Assembly (NCBI GenBank): GCA_001643675.2
Contig: LSRY02000068.1
Location: 124,001-188,000, forward strand
Source of the DNA: Monocercomonoides exilis PA203
Taxonomy: Eukaryota; Protista; Preaxostyla
DNA length: 64,000 bases
Direction: 5' to 3'
Below the pieces are notes generated by a model. It saw nothing but the letters and a program-made list of their open reading frames with translations, ran no database searches and was not told the DNA's origin. This document shows, one piece after another, positions 1 through 12,640 of the stretch. The position numbers and the translations under genes are program-made. Within the stretch, counting starts at the first letter, position 1. Every line of letters starts with the position of its first letter.

Positions 1-1629
1 ATGCTTGTTTTCAATTATGAACTTCGAAAGCGTCTGAAGCATCCATCAACAAATATGCTAAATAATTAATTAAAATAGAAAAGATTGTTGAAGGTGTTTG
101 CATAAGAATTGAGAATGACAATTTTTGTTTGATGAAGTTTGTAGAACCATGCAATTTTCTTCCCTATCAGTTGAAGATTTCTTTATCGTTCAAAAGAATA
201 TCAAATGTTTCAAAATGATTAAAGATACACGGAGCAATATATTTAGTGACTTTCATAAAGATTTCAAAAGGAGATATTTATAAATAAGGAAAATGAGGAA
301 TGAATGAAATCTTTCTGGTTTATCTTTGAGAAAGAAATTCAATATTGCGCAAGAGTCGCATTTTACCAAAATTGCTGAATGTTTTTTGAATTTTCTGCCT
401 GGATGCCATATCTGGAAAGAGGAATGAGGGAAATCACGAATGGAAGTGAAAATGACATCACTTTCGTTGAGTTGTGTTGCAATGTCTACAGTATGGAATT
501 ATTCTTCTTTTCATTCTTTATTGTTTTTTCTAGTTCTTTTGCAAAGAGTGAAAAAAGAACCTTATCAAAATTAGAAAATAGAAAACATCATATATCATCG
601 TGAGTATTGAAATTTTCACAACTTGCATTTTATTCTTCTTAGAAGTTTTTATTGGAAAATTTTGACAAAAAAGTTGGAAAATGCAATTGTTTTAGAATTT
701 CATATTACGAAAGATGCAGCAAGAGAAGTGGAAGAGCAGCTAGAATATGTTGATTAGAAAGGAAGGGAAGAAGAAGATATAGTTTTATTTCCTCAATATT
801 ATTATATGTAATAATATTCTAAGCATTATATCTTGTGAGAATAAATCATAAATAAATATTAAAATGGAATGAGTGGAATTCAAAGATTGACCGAGTGTTA
901 AAACGAAACATTTGCATTTGGAAGCACGTTTGTCATTGTGTGTGATTAGTTGTTAGAATGTTATCTGATGATTTGCTGAAATCTGATGTGATTGTCCTGA
1001 TTTGTGAGAAAACTACATTTTAATTAAAGTCGAGTATAACAATAATTACGAGAGCTTCTCCATGTTTATGATAGAATGATAGAATGATTTATGGATATTA
1101 AATCAATTAATAAGTTATTTCAGCAAACGATTTTGCCTTAAAAATGTTGTTTGATGAATTCATTAACTGCTTCATCAATTTTTGAAACGTTCCATAACAT
1201 GTGCTTTTCGCAATAAAGATTCGAGAAAATATATTTTGTTGAATTGTAAAAAAGCATTTGAAAAGAAATAATCAGAAGAAAATTATTTACAAGTTCATTT
1301 GAGCAACTGAATTAGAATTTTGTTAATATTTGCATATGTGAGTTAAACGTATATATCACTATTTTCTTTGACGTTCTGAGAAAAAGAATTTTACTGAAAT
1401 AGAAAGAATATTTTGATATTTGATAATGATATTTTCATTCTTTGTCCATATTCTAACAGTAAATGGAAATTTTATAAGAAATGATAAATGAATAAAAATC
1501 AAAAATTAGTCAGAAATAATTCAATCAATTTCAAGTTTTTTGGTTTTGAAATGTGAAATTTTTTCACTTGATATTTCAAAAAACATAATTATGGTTTGTG
1601 ACAATAACTTTAAAACAATAGATTTCCTG

Positions 1630-4600
1630 ATGAAGAAGGCACCTTTATCTTCAAAACAACAAAATCAAAAGGCAAAAAAGGATATAAAATTTCATACAAT
1701 GGCTGATTTTACTCAGCGCCGTCAAAATACAAAGCATCCTGTTGTAACAATGAATAAGCGAAGGGTGTCTCGAACAAGCGCAGATGTCGCATTAAAACAG
1801 CGTGAGCAAACACTAGGAGAAGAATTAGATTCGTTAACAAGGAAAAATGTGGTTATGGATATGCGTTTTACACGTAGCGAAGGAATGGATACGGAAGATA
1901 AGGCACTGCGTTCTTTTGTGAGAGAAAGACAAGAAAGAGCAAAGCAGCAGTTTAATTTAGATAATTTTGATGATCAGTTATCGGGTCATCTTGGAGATAT
2001 GGTGCAAGATACTGAAAATGATGACGATCCTTTTTTTGAATTGAAAAGTCAAAGTCATTCAGATCTTGACAGTGATCCAAGACTTGAGCAAGATTTTGCA
2101 GAAGCACATTTTGGTGGTGGAAAACGGGGAGAGCGTTCAGTCCAGGAGATTTACAAAGAAATTATCGCAAAAGACAAAAGATTTAAAGCAGAGAGAAGAA
2201 AACAGAGAGAAGAAGAAGATTCGAAAAGAGAAGAATTGGATGAAAAATTCTCCGAGTTTCGTGATTTAATTATGTCGTATGCGCGTCCTAAAAGGAAAAG
2301 AAATGGGATGGATGAAATAATGAAAAGATTGGAAGCGAAAGAAAAAGGAATGGAAATCGATGAGCAAACAGAAGAAAAAGAAGAACAAAATGAGGAACAA
2401 GACGATGATGACTTTGATAAACGATTAAGGGAATTGGCATTTTCAACAAAAGGAATTGCAGGAGAGCGTGTAAAGACTCCAGAAGAGATTGCAAAAGAGG
2501 AAAAACGAAAACTGGAGGCTTTGGAGGAGGCAAGAAGGCTTCGTATGAAAGGAGCGCTTGATGTTGAAGAAGAGGAAGACGAAGAGATGGAAGAGGAGGA
2601 AGAAGAGGAGGAGGAAGAAACTGAACATAGCACTGAAGATGAGGTATCAATTGATGAAGATTCAGACGAAGAAGATGAAGATGCAACTGGAAAGAAAAAG
2701 AAAAAGACAAAACTGTCAAAATTAAAAGGACGTAAAGCTCAAACAGACGAAGATGAAGAAGAAGAATCAGATTTTGAAATGAGTGATGGACATATTTCTT
2801 TGAGTGGGAGCATGGAGGAAGATGATGATGTTGGCAACGATGAGGATGAGGATGAAGATGACAATGAGGAAGATGATGATGATGGTGATGATGGTGAAAA
2901 CAGAAAAATGAAAAAATCGAAGTCCGCCCGCTCCCTCTCTTCACTTCATCCTTCTCTTTCCTCGTCTTCTCTTCTGTCTTCCTCCATTTCACTCAAGCAG
3001 GAGCGTGCCCACAGTGCCAAAGCGCGGCTGCTCCAGCAGGCGAAACGAGAAGTTCTGAGCAGAGCAAACAGACAGACCGATCTTCCGTTCATCATGGACA
3101 AAGTGCCAGAGTCGCTGCAGGAGTGGCTGGAGATGGTCGAAGGGAAGTCTGCCGAAGACAAGAAAATAATGGCACTCAGAATAGAAAAGTCGTTTTCTGT
3201 GCACATCGATCACAACAACGCACTTTCCATTCAGCGGTTCTTCTCAATTTTGCTGCTGCACATCACCCTTTTGTGTGATGCTGTGGGAACTGGGTATGGC
3301 AAGAAGAGGGAGAAGGAAGAAGGAAGAATGGACATTGAGGGAGAAAGAGAGGACGAAGCACAGATTCCTCATCCGATGAAAGATGTGGCTGAAATATCGA
3401 AGGCAGCAATTGAGATTGGAAAGACGATTCCATCATTTGCTGCGAGGTGTGCGAGAGAAGAGGTGAAGAGGCAGATGAAGCTGCAAATGGCGCCTTCTTC
3501 TTCTTCTTCTTCTTCTTCTTCTGGCACAGCAGGAGCAGACAGCCAGACAGCCACAGTGCCATCTCTCTCGTGTGTTATGAAGCTTCTTCTGTTCGCTCGC
3601 ATGTTCCCCATCACAGACACCAAGCACCCTGCACTCACTCCAATCATCACTTTCATATCATACATCTTGTCTTCCACATCCAAAGCAATGGTTCCTTCCT
3701 CCTCCTCCTCTTCCTCTTCTCCTTCTTCTACTTCTACTTCTACTTCTACTTCTACTTCCTCTTCTTCTCTTCTTTCTGGGAGTGAAGTTTCGAGAGGTCT
3801 TCTCTTTTGTGCTGTGATGTTTGAGTGTGTCTGCTGCGGAGGAAGATTGTCGAGTGAAGCTGTGTGCTATTTGCTATCCTCACTCCAGTGGGCAAATGCA
3901 ATGATGCACAAGCTGATAAAAGAAGAGAGAGGAGAAAGAGAAAATGCGAAAGAGAACGAATCTACTTCTTCCTCTTCCTCCTCCTCCTCTTCTTCTTCTT
4001 CCGCTGCTTCTTCTGAAGAATCCAGCAGTCCTTTTGATGCAGTATCTCTTCAGAGGTTCTTTGATGAGCACAAAATTCCAGTTGAGTGGTGTTCTCATGT
4101 TTCTTCTACAATGTCTTCTTCTTCTTCCTCCTCCTCTTCTTCCTCTTCTGATCGCAAAGAGCGTGTTGTGTGCATCTTCTTTTCAGTCTGCCGGCAGATT
4201 CTTCTTTTTGCCCGACTTTATTCGACTCTCCCTGCCTTTTGCGAGATCTTCTGTCCATTCATCGCTCAAATACAGCAGTTTGAGTCTCTTTTGAAGGAGA
4301 TGGCAATCGCAGAAGGAAGCAAAGCGAATGAGAAGAAGAAGAGGAGGAGGAAAAGCAGTGGAAAGATTGATCAGACAGAAAAGGATGTCAAATCTGATGA
4401 GATGAAAGCAGCGCTTCTGTTGAGAAGGATAAGAGCGTGTGAAACGATCTCAGCTTCTTTGCAGAGCAGCACGAGTGCCCAGCAGGCAGCGAGGGGTGTT
4501 CTGAGGATGGCAGCGAGCGAGGTGAAGGAGATTAAATCGTTGGAGCCAGCATTCAGTCAGAACTACATGGCAAAGGGGACAAAGGAGAGGAGTGTGGAGG

Positions 4601-4845
4601 AGATGCGGAGGCTGAAGAGGAAGAAGGTGAGGGAGACGAAGGGAGCGATGAGGGAATTGAAGAAGGACTCGATGTTCTTGATACAGCAGAGAGAGAAGGC
4701 GGAGGAGAGGAAAGCAGCGATTGAGAGAGAGAAGATTAAGGACTACATGAACCTTCTTGAGACACAGCAGTCAGAGAAGAAGATCATAGAGAGAGTGAAG
4801 GGAAGAGCTAGGAAGCACAGAAAGCGCGATAAAGCAAAGAAGTAA
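1630..4845 (+). CDS. NOP14: Nucleolar protein 14 (SSU processome, Nop14 family)
   Basis: Single long ORF; first plausible ATG at 1630. Nop14-type motifs: N-terminal KNVVMDMRF, HFGGG..RSVQEIYKEIIAK, acidic middle, FPITDTKHPALTP (cf. SDF.HPV.TP), C-terminal RETKGAMRELKKDSMFL. Confidence 0.88.
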   Translation: MKKAPLSSKQQNQKAKKDIKFHTMADFTQRRQNTKHPVVTMNKRRVSRTSADVALKQREQTLGEELDSLTRKNVVMDMRFTRSEGMDTEDKALRSFVRERQERAKQQFNLDNFDDQLSGHLGDMVQDTENDDDPFFELKSQSHSDLDSDPRLEQDFAEAHFGGGKRGERSVQEIYKEIIAKDKRFKAERRKQREEEDSKREELDEKFSEFRDLIMSYARPKRKRNGMDEIMKRLEAKEKGMEIDEQTEEKEEQNEEQDDDDFDKRLRELAFSTKGIAGERVKTPEEIAKEEKRKLEALEEARRLRMKGALDVEEEEDEEMEEEEEEEEEETEHSTEDEVSIDEDSDEEDEDATGKKKKKTKLSKLKGRKAQTDEDEEEESDFEMSDGHISLSGSMEEDDDVGNDEDEDEDDNEEDDDDGDDGENRKMKKSKSARSLSSLHPSLSSSSLLSSSISLKQERAHSAKARLLQQAKREVLSRANRQTDLPFIMDKVPESLQEWLEMVEGKSAEDKKIMALRIEKSFSVHIDHNNALSIQRFFSILLLHITLLCDAVGTGYGKKREKEEGRMDIEGEREDEAQIPHPMKDVAEISKAAIEIGKTIPSFAARCAREEVKRQMKLQMAPSSSSSSSSSGTAGADSQTATVPSLSCVMKLLLFARMFPITDTKHPALTPIITFISYILSSTSKAMVPSSSSSSSSPSSTSTSTSTSTSSSSLLSGSEVSRGLLFCAVMFECVCCGGRLSSEAVCYLLSSLQWANAMMHKLIKEERGERENAKENESTSSSSSSSSSSSSAASSEESSSPFDAVSLQRFFDEHKIPVEWCSHVSSTMSSSSSSSSSSSSDRKERVVCIFFSVCRQILLFARLYSTLPAFCEIFCPFIAQIQQFESLLKEMAIAEGSKANEKKKRRRKSSGKIDQTEKDVKSDEMKAALLLRRIRACETISASLQSSTSAQQAARGVLRMAASEVKEIKSLEPAFSQNYMAKGTKERSVEEMRRLKRKKVRETKGAMRELKKDSMFLIQQREKAEERKAAIEREKIKDYMNLLETQQSEKKIIERVKGRARKHRKRDKAKK

Positions 4846-5244
4846 TGATAGAAATATCATTCTTTTGAAAAAATAAAATTTAAACTCACATCAACTCATT
4901 TCATAACTGGATAATTTATCTGATTTTTAAAAATCAAAATAACAGTATTTATAATCTAATGTTAATATGCACATATATTCAAATTTATAAAAGCATTAGA
5001 GGAATTAATAAGAACATAAATAAAAAAATGTTGATGATTGTTTTAAATAAGAAAAAACATAATGGTTTCGACAAAGTTAAAATATTGTTATTTTCAAACA
5101 AGAGATTTGAATTAAGCTTATTTCTGATTTTATAAGCAGGTATTGTATTGTTTTGCATGTTAATGTTTCAAACATTTTTTTCAAAACATTGTTATTTGGA
5201 AATTTTAAAATTTAAAGAGAATTAATTTTTAACTCTGTAATAAG

Positions 5245-8200
5245 ATGGAAAGGTCAACATCCTCTGTATGCTCCTTTCTTAACATTTTAATTTTTATTTA
5301 TTTTTTTGAATAGTATGAATCATCTTCTTCTTCATCGAGAAGTAATATGACATCTTCTTTTCCTTCGTCTCAGAGCTCCGATTCTTCAAAGCAAACCTCA
5401 ACTCTTGGATCTGAAACGTTGTCATCTGCTTCTTCATCGTTATCAAGGAGTAGAAAGGAAAGGCTCGAAAGTAGGTTATTTAATTCGTCTGCTTCTTTAG
5501 TTGAAGCATCACAAAAATCATCCGTATTTGATGATCCATCCTCAACATCTTCATCATTTTCGTCAACTACTACTACAAGCACAACTTCTTCTTCAAAGTC
5601 ATCGAAATCTTCACGAACTACAAGTAAGGACTCTGAAACAAGTAGTTCTTCCTATTCGAGTCATTCTTCTGAATCTTCTCGTTCAAATGATTATGGAAAT
5701 TCGTCTTCAATGTCTAATTCATCATCGACAACAGTGCATGTTGATCAATTAAGTCCTGTAATTGCTTCTGAAAATCAGAGACTTTTTGAAGATGATCCTT
5801 TGGCAAATGATTCATCTATTGCGAATCAGCAGCTTGTTCTACCTCTTTCTGGAGCACAACCACGCGCATTTTTGCCATTTTATGATTCATTTCCAGCAAC
5901 TTCTCAGTTGCCTTTGACTGAAACAAGAAATATGGGCTTTGGCCAACCTTCTTCAGAGAATGATAGGAAAGATCATAGTTCAATTAACATTGAAGAAAGC
6001 ATTGAATTTCAATCAAACACAGAACGAGAAAAAAGAAAAAGACTTGAAGAGGCGTCGAAAAGGAGAGAATATGAACTGAGAGTGCAAATAGAAGAGGAAA
6101 GAAAGCGAAGGAAAGAGGAAAGGAAGAAGCTGGAGGAGTTGGAGAACAAGCTGGAGAAAGAAAAAAAGGAGAAGGAGTATGCAATGCAGCAACAGGAGCA
6201 AGCAATGCAAAGAGAAAGGGAAAAGATTGAAAGAGAGAAAGAAGCATTGGAACTTGAAAGACAAAGGAGCATCCAGCAGCGCATTGAGGAAGAGAAGAAA
6301 AGAGGAGAAGAAAGAGAGAAAGAGTGGAATGCTCAAAGGATGAAAGAAAAAGAGCTGATTGAGAAGGAGAACGAACTGAACGACAGAAGCCAATATATCA
6401 GTGCAATGAATGAGGAGGTGAAGCAGAAGGAGGAGGAGCTTGGAAAACTGCAGGTTCAATTTCAAAAGCAGCGTGAGCAGTGGAAAGAGAGAGAAAGAGA
6501 GATGGTAAAGAGCAGGGAAATGGAGAAAGAAAGGCAGAAAGAGTACGAAGAGAAAATGAAGAATGAGATTGCTACAAAACTTGGGAAAGAAAAAGAGCAG
6601 GCGATGTTTGAGCTGAATCAGTTCAAGTTGGAACAGCAACGACAGAATGAGAGAGAGAGAAGAGAAAGAGATGAAAGAGAGGAAAAGCAAAGGCAGCTGA
6701 TGGCTGAGCAGCAGAAGCAGCTGCAAAGCAGACTGACAGAACTCAACAATGAAAAAGATGAGTTGTACAAAGAAGCAAAAGGGATGAAGGAAGAGAGGGA
6801 AGAAATGCAAAGGAAGATCCGAGCACTTGAGAGAGAGAACAAAAAGCTGGCAGAGATGGAGAAGGCAAAAGAGGAGGAGAAAGAAAGAGTGCGGAAGGAG
6901 ATGGAAGAAGCAGCGAGAAGAGAGAGGGAAGAGAAAGACAGAGCAATCGACGAGGAAAAGATGCTGAGACATCGCAACGAAAGGGAGAGGAAGGAAATGG
7001 AAGATCGGATAGCGAAATCTGAAGCTGAGTGGAAGAATATGTTGCATCAGCAGCAGCAAAGACTGAAAGAAGAACAAGAAAAGGAGAGGAGACGAGTGGA
7101 AGAAATGGAAAAAAGAGCAAAAGAGGAGAAAGAAAAAGCGATTTATGAAGAAAAAATGAGACTTCAAGCGATTTTGGATAAGGAAAGGCAAAAATATGAA
7201 GCAGAATTGGAGAAAAAAGAGCGGGAGCAGAAAAGACTGGAAGCTGAGAAGAAGGAGAAAGAAGAAATGCTCAAAAGGAAGGAAGAGGAGCTGTTGAATG
7301 AAAAGAGGCAAGTTGAGGCAGTGAAAGATGAGATGAATCGAATGGAAGAAGAGAAGATAATGGAAGAAGTGCAGAAACAACAAGAAGAGGCGAAAAGAGA
7401 AATGGAAAGGAAAAGACAGTTTGACATTGAGAGAGAAAGACTGTTGGAATTGAATAGAAAGTGGGAAAGAGAATATCAGAGAGAAAGAGAAGAGAGAGAA
7501 AGAGAGGAAAGAGAAAGAGAGGAAAGAGAAAGAGAGGAAAGAGAAAGAGAGGAAAGAGAAAGGGAAGAGAGAGAAAGAGAGGAAAGGGAAAGAGAAGAAA
7601 GGGAAAGAGAAGAAAGGGAAAGGGAAGAGAGAGAAAGAGAAGAGAGAGAAAGGGAAGAAAGGGAAAGAGAAGAAAGGGAAAGAGAAGAAAGGGAAAGAGA
7701 AGAGAGAGAAAGAGAAGAGAGAGAAAGGGAAGAAAGGGAAAGAGAAGAAAGGGAAAGGGAAAGGGAGGACAGAGAAAGCATAGGTTCAAGATTAAGATAC
7801 AATTCAACACCAAAAACGAGCAGGAGTGGACATTTATATGCAACTCCACGTTATCCATCATCTGTTCAAACCACTCCAAAATCCACAAGAAAATCAAAAT
7901 CAGATGAAGCACCAGAAGAATTGGAACAGTCCATTCACACGCCTCCTCCTGCAGCAGTTAGGCAGACGCCTGCATCAAATGTCTCATCTTCTGTTTCTCT
8001 GGTCCCGCCTTCTGCTTCCAAATTTATGTCTTCTGCTCCTTCTTCAACTTTGAGAAGTGCTCGTTTTGCTTCCACTGGAGCTGTCGACGAGGCTTCACTA
8101 CACTCAAAATTGAGTCAAACAGACACCGCAAAGGAAAAGACAGGACACTTTTCTAATCCTCATTTGTCTTCTCTTCAGACTCCTTCAAGACAATCTCATC

Positions 8201-9297
8201 TGAGCGATAATCAAGAAGCAAAAACATCTCGTCCTGCCTCTCCTTCATCTTCAATCAATCAAATGTTTCCGTCTGCATCAACTTCTGCTTCATCATCTGC
8301 TGATATTCCATCCTATCAGCCGAAGTCTCATTCACATCAAGAACAAAAGCCATCTTCCCTTCCAACATCACAGCCCACCCCTCTTTTTGTGAGAACCCCT
8401 CCAGTCCCATCTGTTTCTAATGTGCCAATGGAGGTGCCTCAAACACAGCAGCAAAGAGCATCAATTCCATTGCCTTCGTCTTCATTGCCAATAAGCATTA
8501 ATATCAACACCACTTCGGCATGCCATCCACCGCAATGCAGTTGTGACAGCCAACATTTCCATTGTGAAAAGGAGAAAGAAAAAATTCTTATCATTTTGAG
8601 GGAAGAACAAAAGGAGAAGCTGGTTGTGTTGAGCAAAGTTGGAAGAGTTGCGGATGAAAATGGCATATTATATGAGAAAGAGGATAAAGGAGCCTCCAAC
8701 GAAAAAGATGCAGAAGATACAAAAGACAAGCAATGTGGAACAAATTCTTTTGACACTTCAACACATTCTCTCTCTTTGTCTCTTTCGAATGATCGAGAAA
8801 TGGATGATGACGCATTAGCATCTTGTCAAAAGGGTACAAATACATTAACCAATAAAGCAGATTCAGATGCTTCCTCTAATCCAGAGGAGTTTGAACCAGA
8901 CTTTCTGAACTGCTCACCGCAAACTGTGTCATACCCCTCACAAGCGATGTTTCCGCAGCAGCCTTCTGTTTCACTTCCATTGGATTCATTTAACTCAGTC
9001 CATTCTGTTTTCACTCGTCCTTCATTTAACACAAGGCCTCAATCACTTCAGACTGTTTTGTCTTCTGGCACTCCATATCGTCGCTATTCTTCATCGAAGC
9101 ATGTTTCTCTTCAAACAACTAATCAAACCCCGAAACAGGTTAAAACAAAGAAAGGGGTTGCATTTACCGTTTCATTTCGCAACGGCAAGCCACACACAAC
9201 GTCAGCTCGGACGGAGCCTCTTTCTGCAAAGTGGGATAAGCATCTGATGAATGAATCAAAGAGACTGTCTCCAATGTATTTGAATGCTTGGCGTTGA
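5245..9297 (+). CDS. Large Ser-rich / ER-K coiled-coil protein of unknown function
   Basis: 1316-aa ORF from 5347. A 21-nt first exon (ATG 5245, MERSTSS) joins in frame through a GT-AG intron at 5266-5313. The central ~600 aa are E/K/R/Q-rich. Confidence 0.8.
7480..7770 (+). repeat. 15-nt coding tandem repeat encoding (EREER)n, about 19 copies
   Basis: Pure-purine repeat (agagaggaaagagaa and synonymous variants) translating to REEREREERE... Confidence 0.95.
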
Positions 9298-10178
9298 ATG
9301 TTACACTGAAAAGGAAATACACTTCAAATTTTTATAATTGTGTTTTTTTGAAAACACTCTTGTGTGAATATTAGTTTTGGTTGTTACAAAGAAAATGTTT
9401 TCTTTTTGCTTTTGATAAATATTTATGATTATTGTTGTATCGGTTATAATGTCTTTTTCCTCCTTTTTTTTATCAGAAAAGAACAATTTCTTTCATCAGA
9501 TTTCATTTAAAGAAGAGCAAACAAAAGAAAAAGAAAAGGTATTTCCCTTAAAAAGGGGAATGATTCTTAGGCATCAATATAAGTGTTTAAACAGAAATCA
9601 TAACGCAAAAACAACTCACATGCGTTGAGGGGAAATGTCGAATTGAAAGAATAAAAATTAGAAGTTTGGATGAAAAAAGAATTCTAACAAAACAAATACA
9701 ACAAGATAAAAGAGTGGTGGCATTGGAGAACCCAAATGAAATCTATAAAAATGGAGCACAAAAATCTTAAAGCAATGACTTATTTACAATGCAGAGAATG
9801 AACATCGATTGAAGATGGTGAACTGAATATGTGAAATGGAGAGGTGTATGATGAACGCATCTGCAAGCACAAGATTATTCATAATCTGAAACGCGAAATT
9901 GGGTGAAGGATAAAAGAACACAAATCCATAAAAAAGCACAGTTTTGGAATGAAATGCAACGAACAAACAAAAAAATAAATTATTGAACATTGTAACTTCA
10001 GTATTTTCTTCAACATAACAGAAGAAATACTGATTGTTTGGCGCTTAGATAGAGTTGCATAAGAAAGATACTACAAAGTTTTTGCAGAAGCATAAAAAGC
10101 AGATAGAAGAAAATAACAAAGAAATGTAAGGCAAGCAAGATAAAACAAATACATAAAAACAATAATTTACTAGCTGCT

Positions 10179-12002
10179 TCATATCACAGGTTCATGAAGG
10201 TTAGCATTGGCAGTGTTTCTTCCTTCATCATATGGAATAGTCACAATTATCTGCTTCTTCTTCTTCACAAGCTTCTTCTTCTTCTTCTTCACAACAGGCT
10301 GTGGCGGTGGCGTGGCTGGCTGTGAGGACACAGCTGCGCTATCCACATTTGACACTGCTGAAAGATCGTCTGCTGCCAAAGAGGACGGAGCAGTCGCGTT
10401 GGCTGAAGCCGAGTTGCTGTCAAATGAAAGTGGCGCAATTGACTTGGAGGCTGTTGGTGTTGCAGTGGTTATTGTCTGCATCGCCACAGAAGTTGCTGGA
10501 AGCCCACCTGAAGTGCTGCCAGCTGCTGATGCTGCGTGGTCCACGATTATTCTCTTCTTCTTCTTCTTCTTCTTCACAATGTTTGTGCTGCTGTTGCCGC
10601 TTGACACGTCAACTCCGCTGCCTGGATGGTGAAGTGAGGCTCCTTGTTCTGATGGGTCTGAGTCTGCGGAATAGGCGCTGTTGATAGAGAAGGAAGATGC
10701 TGGTGCGTTGGAGGCTGATGACTGAGACGCGGCTGAGTGTGAGTACTGTTGTGAGTGAGACTGCTGTGGATGTTGCAGGAAAGTGCCTGTGAATGTGGCA
10801 TACTGCGCTCTGCCGCCTCCTGATCCGCCCTCACGAGGCAAAAGGGAATCCTTTGCTGAGGAGTGAGAAGAGGAGGAAGAAGAAGAGCTGCGGGAGGAGC
10901 TTGATGAAGATGTGGAGGCAGAAAATGAAGAAGATGAAGGAGATGCAAAGTAGAAGGTGATCAATAAGGTTATGCAAGGAATTGTTTCCAAGACAAAACG
11001 GAAGCAAAAGAATTCCCAAAAATAGATGTCGCTATAATCACATGAATTGAAGCATAAATGAAGCGTCAAGGATAGAAGGCAAACAGCAATGCATCAAATA
11101 CAATTTATCCGATATAAAAAAAAAAAAAACAAACCAGTCAGCTTCGGTTGTGAAGCATTGGATAGTTGCTCGATCGAAAGCATTTTGCAATTTGTTAGAA
11201 TTTGTGGCATATGTTACTCCCCAGATAAGCCTGCAGAAAAATGCAAGGAAAACAACAACCACCATCACAATGAGCAGCTGAACTCTCCATCGAAAAGCAG
11301 CAGTAATTTTTGTTCGATGATACATCAATATCAAAAGAAGTCCATAAAATCCCGTTGAGCAAACAACAACAAAATAATTCACAATTGAACTATATAGTGT
11401 AATTTTTTCGTATCCGTACTCCTTTTTGCTTTCGTCTCCTAAGTAATGCTTCAAATCGTTGAATACAAGTTTGTAAAATATTATTAAAAAATAAAGGATA
11501 AAGAGCATTGCATACAGCAGCAATAACGGATGTAGCTAATGAAACTAAAAACATAATTCCAAGAGTTATTATGAATAATATGTCGAATCCTTTCTGTATT
11601 TTTCTTGACTTAAACATTGAAGTTAATATCGTTCGAGAAAACCAAACTGCCAATGATTGCCATGATAAAAATAAAAAGAATTCTGGAAGTTGATCGGATA
11701 TAATGAAGTATGTGTAGTTTTCAAAAGGAAATGGAACAACTAAGAAAAGAGAGCGAAGAAAAAGGAATAGCGTCAGCATTGACAGAAAAAAATTCTTTTG
11801 AAATCTTTTTCTCCACTTCTTTTTCCGTATTTCGGCAATGGCTTCTCTAAGACTAAATAGGCATGTCAAGCATGTGAATACAAACGCAATATAAAGGGGA
11901 TAGCTTGATTGGCCAAATATTACTTTCAAAAAAACATATAAACGTTTCTAAAACATATAAACGCAAACCTGGATTTCCAAACGAAAGAACATATTGTTTC
12001 AT
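10179..12002 (-). CDS. Multi-pass (about 7TM) membrane protein, GPR137/THH1-TOM1-like, with low-complexity C-tail
   Basis: Exons reconstructed from ORFs 11390-11929, 11038-11523 and 10179-11069 with GT-AG introns (MKQYVLSFGNP|VIFGQ..., ...IAA|HYLGD...). Successive hydrophobic helices, LFLRSLF, LPEFFLFLSW, final helix VLETIP, then a Ser/Lys-rich tail. Confidence 0.6.
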
Positions 12003-12640
12003 AAAATTCTCTTCACTAAAATTACTGTTCTTTTAGCAATCTCTCCAAAATCAGAACATAAATATGGGAAGATAAATTTTATTAACAATAAGAGTGATTT
12101 AATAGACCGAAAGGAAAACTTTCAGGCAATGGTCACTAAAAATACCTTGATGGAAACACTTGTTCAAAAATCCTGACTCAAAAATATTTTTAAACTTAAT
12201 AATTAATTTTCTTTGAAAAATCTGAAAAAATCACCTTCATGTCTCATTTTCCCAATTTGTATCAAAAGAATTCACATGATGTCTTTTTATTTCAAATGGA
12301 AAAAACAAAATAATTTCTTTGAAATTTGATGTTGTTTATTAAAACGATTCTGCATATCGAATACAAATTTCAAAGTATATCCAACATTCAAATATTGGAA
12401 CATATGTTTGAATTTCAAAAATTACAGATACAAAAAGGCAAACTCCAGTCAAATATTATAACCAAATCCAAAAGTTTCGACAAACTGAATTTTGCCACAA
12501 AGGGTCAAAAAGTTTTGTAAAAAAACACAATAAAAAATAGAAAATAAATATTAAACTGAACAGAAATGTTATAACTCTTGTCCGATATTGTGAGAAAAAA
12601 AGAAAGCAAGCAAAATAATTCTCTTTTCAAATGTGATTTT

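Noticed and set aside
1-1500. Possible gene fragment or the 74-aa ORF at 379-603
   Set aside because: All frames are interrupted and no motif is recognisable; no consistent exon chain could be built.
7480-7770. CRISPR-like array
   Set aside because: No unique spacers; this is an in-frame coding tandem repeat in a eukaryotic gene. The 58737-58806 repeats also lack spacers.
6013-7912. Long antisense Phe/Leu/Ser-rich ORFs (456 aa, 213 aa) and similar shadow ORFs elsewhere
   Set aside because: Reverse complements of purine-rich E/K/R coding sequence rarely contain stops; no independent evidence of coding.
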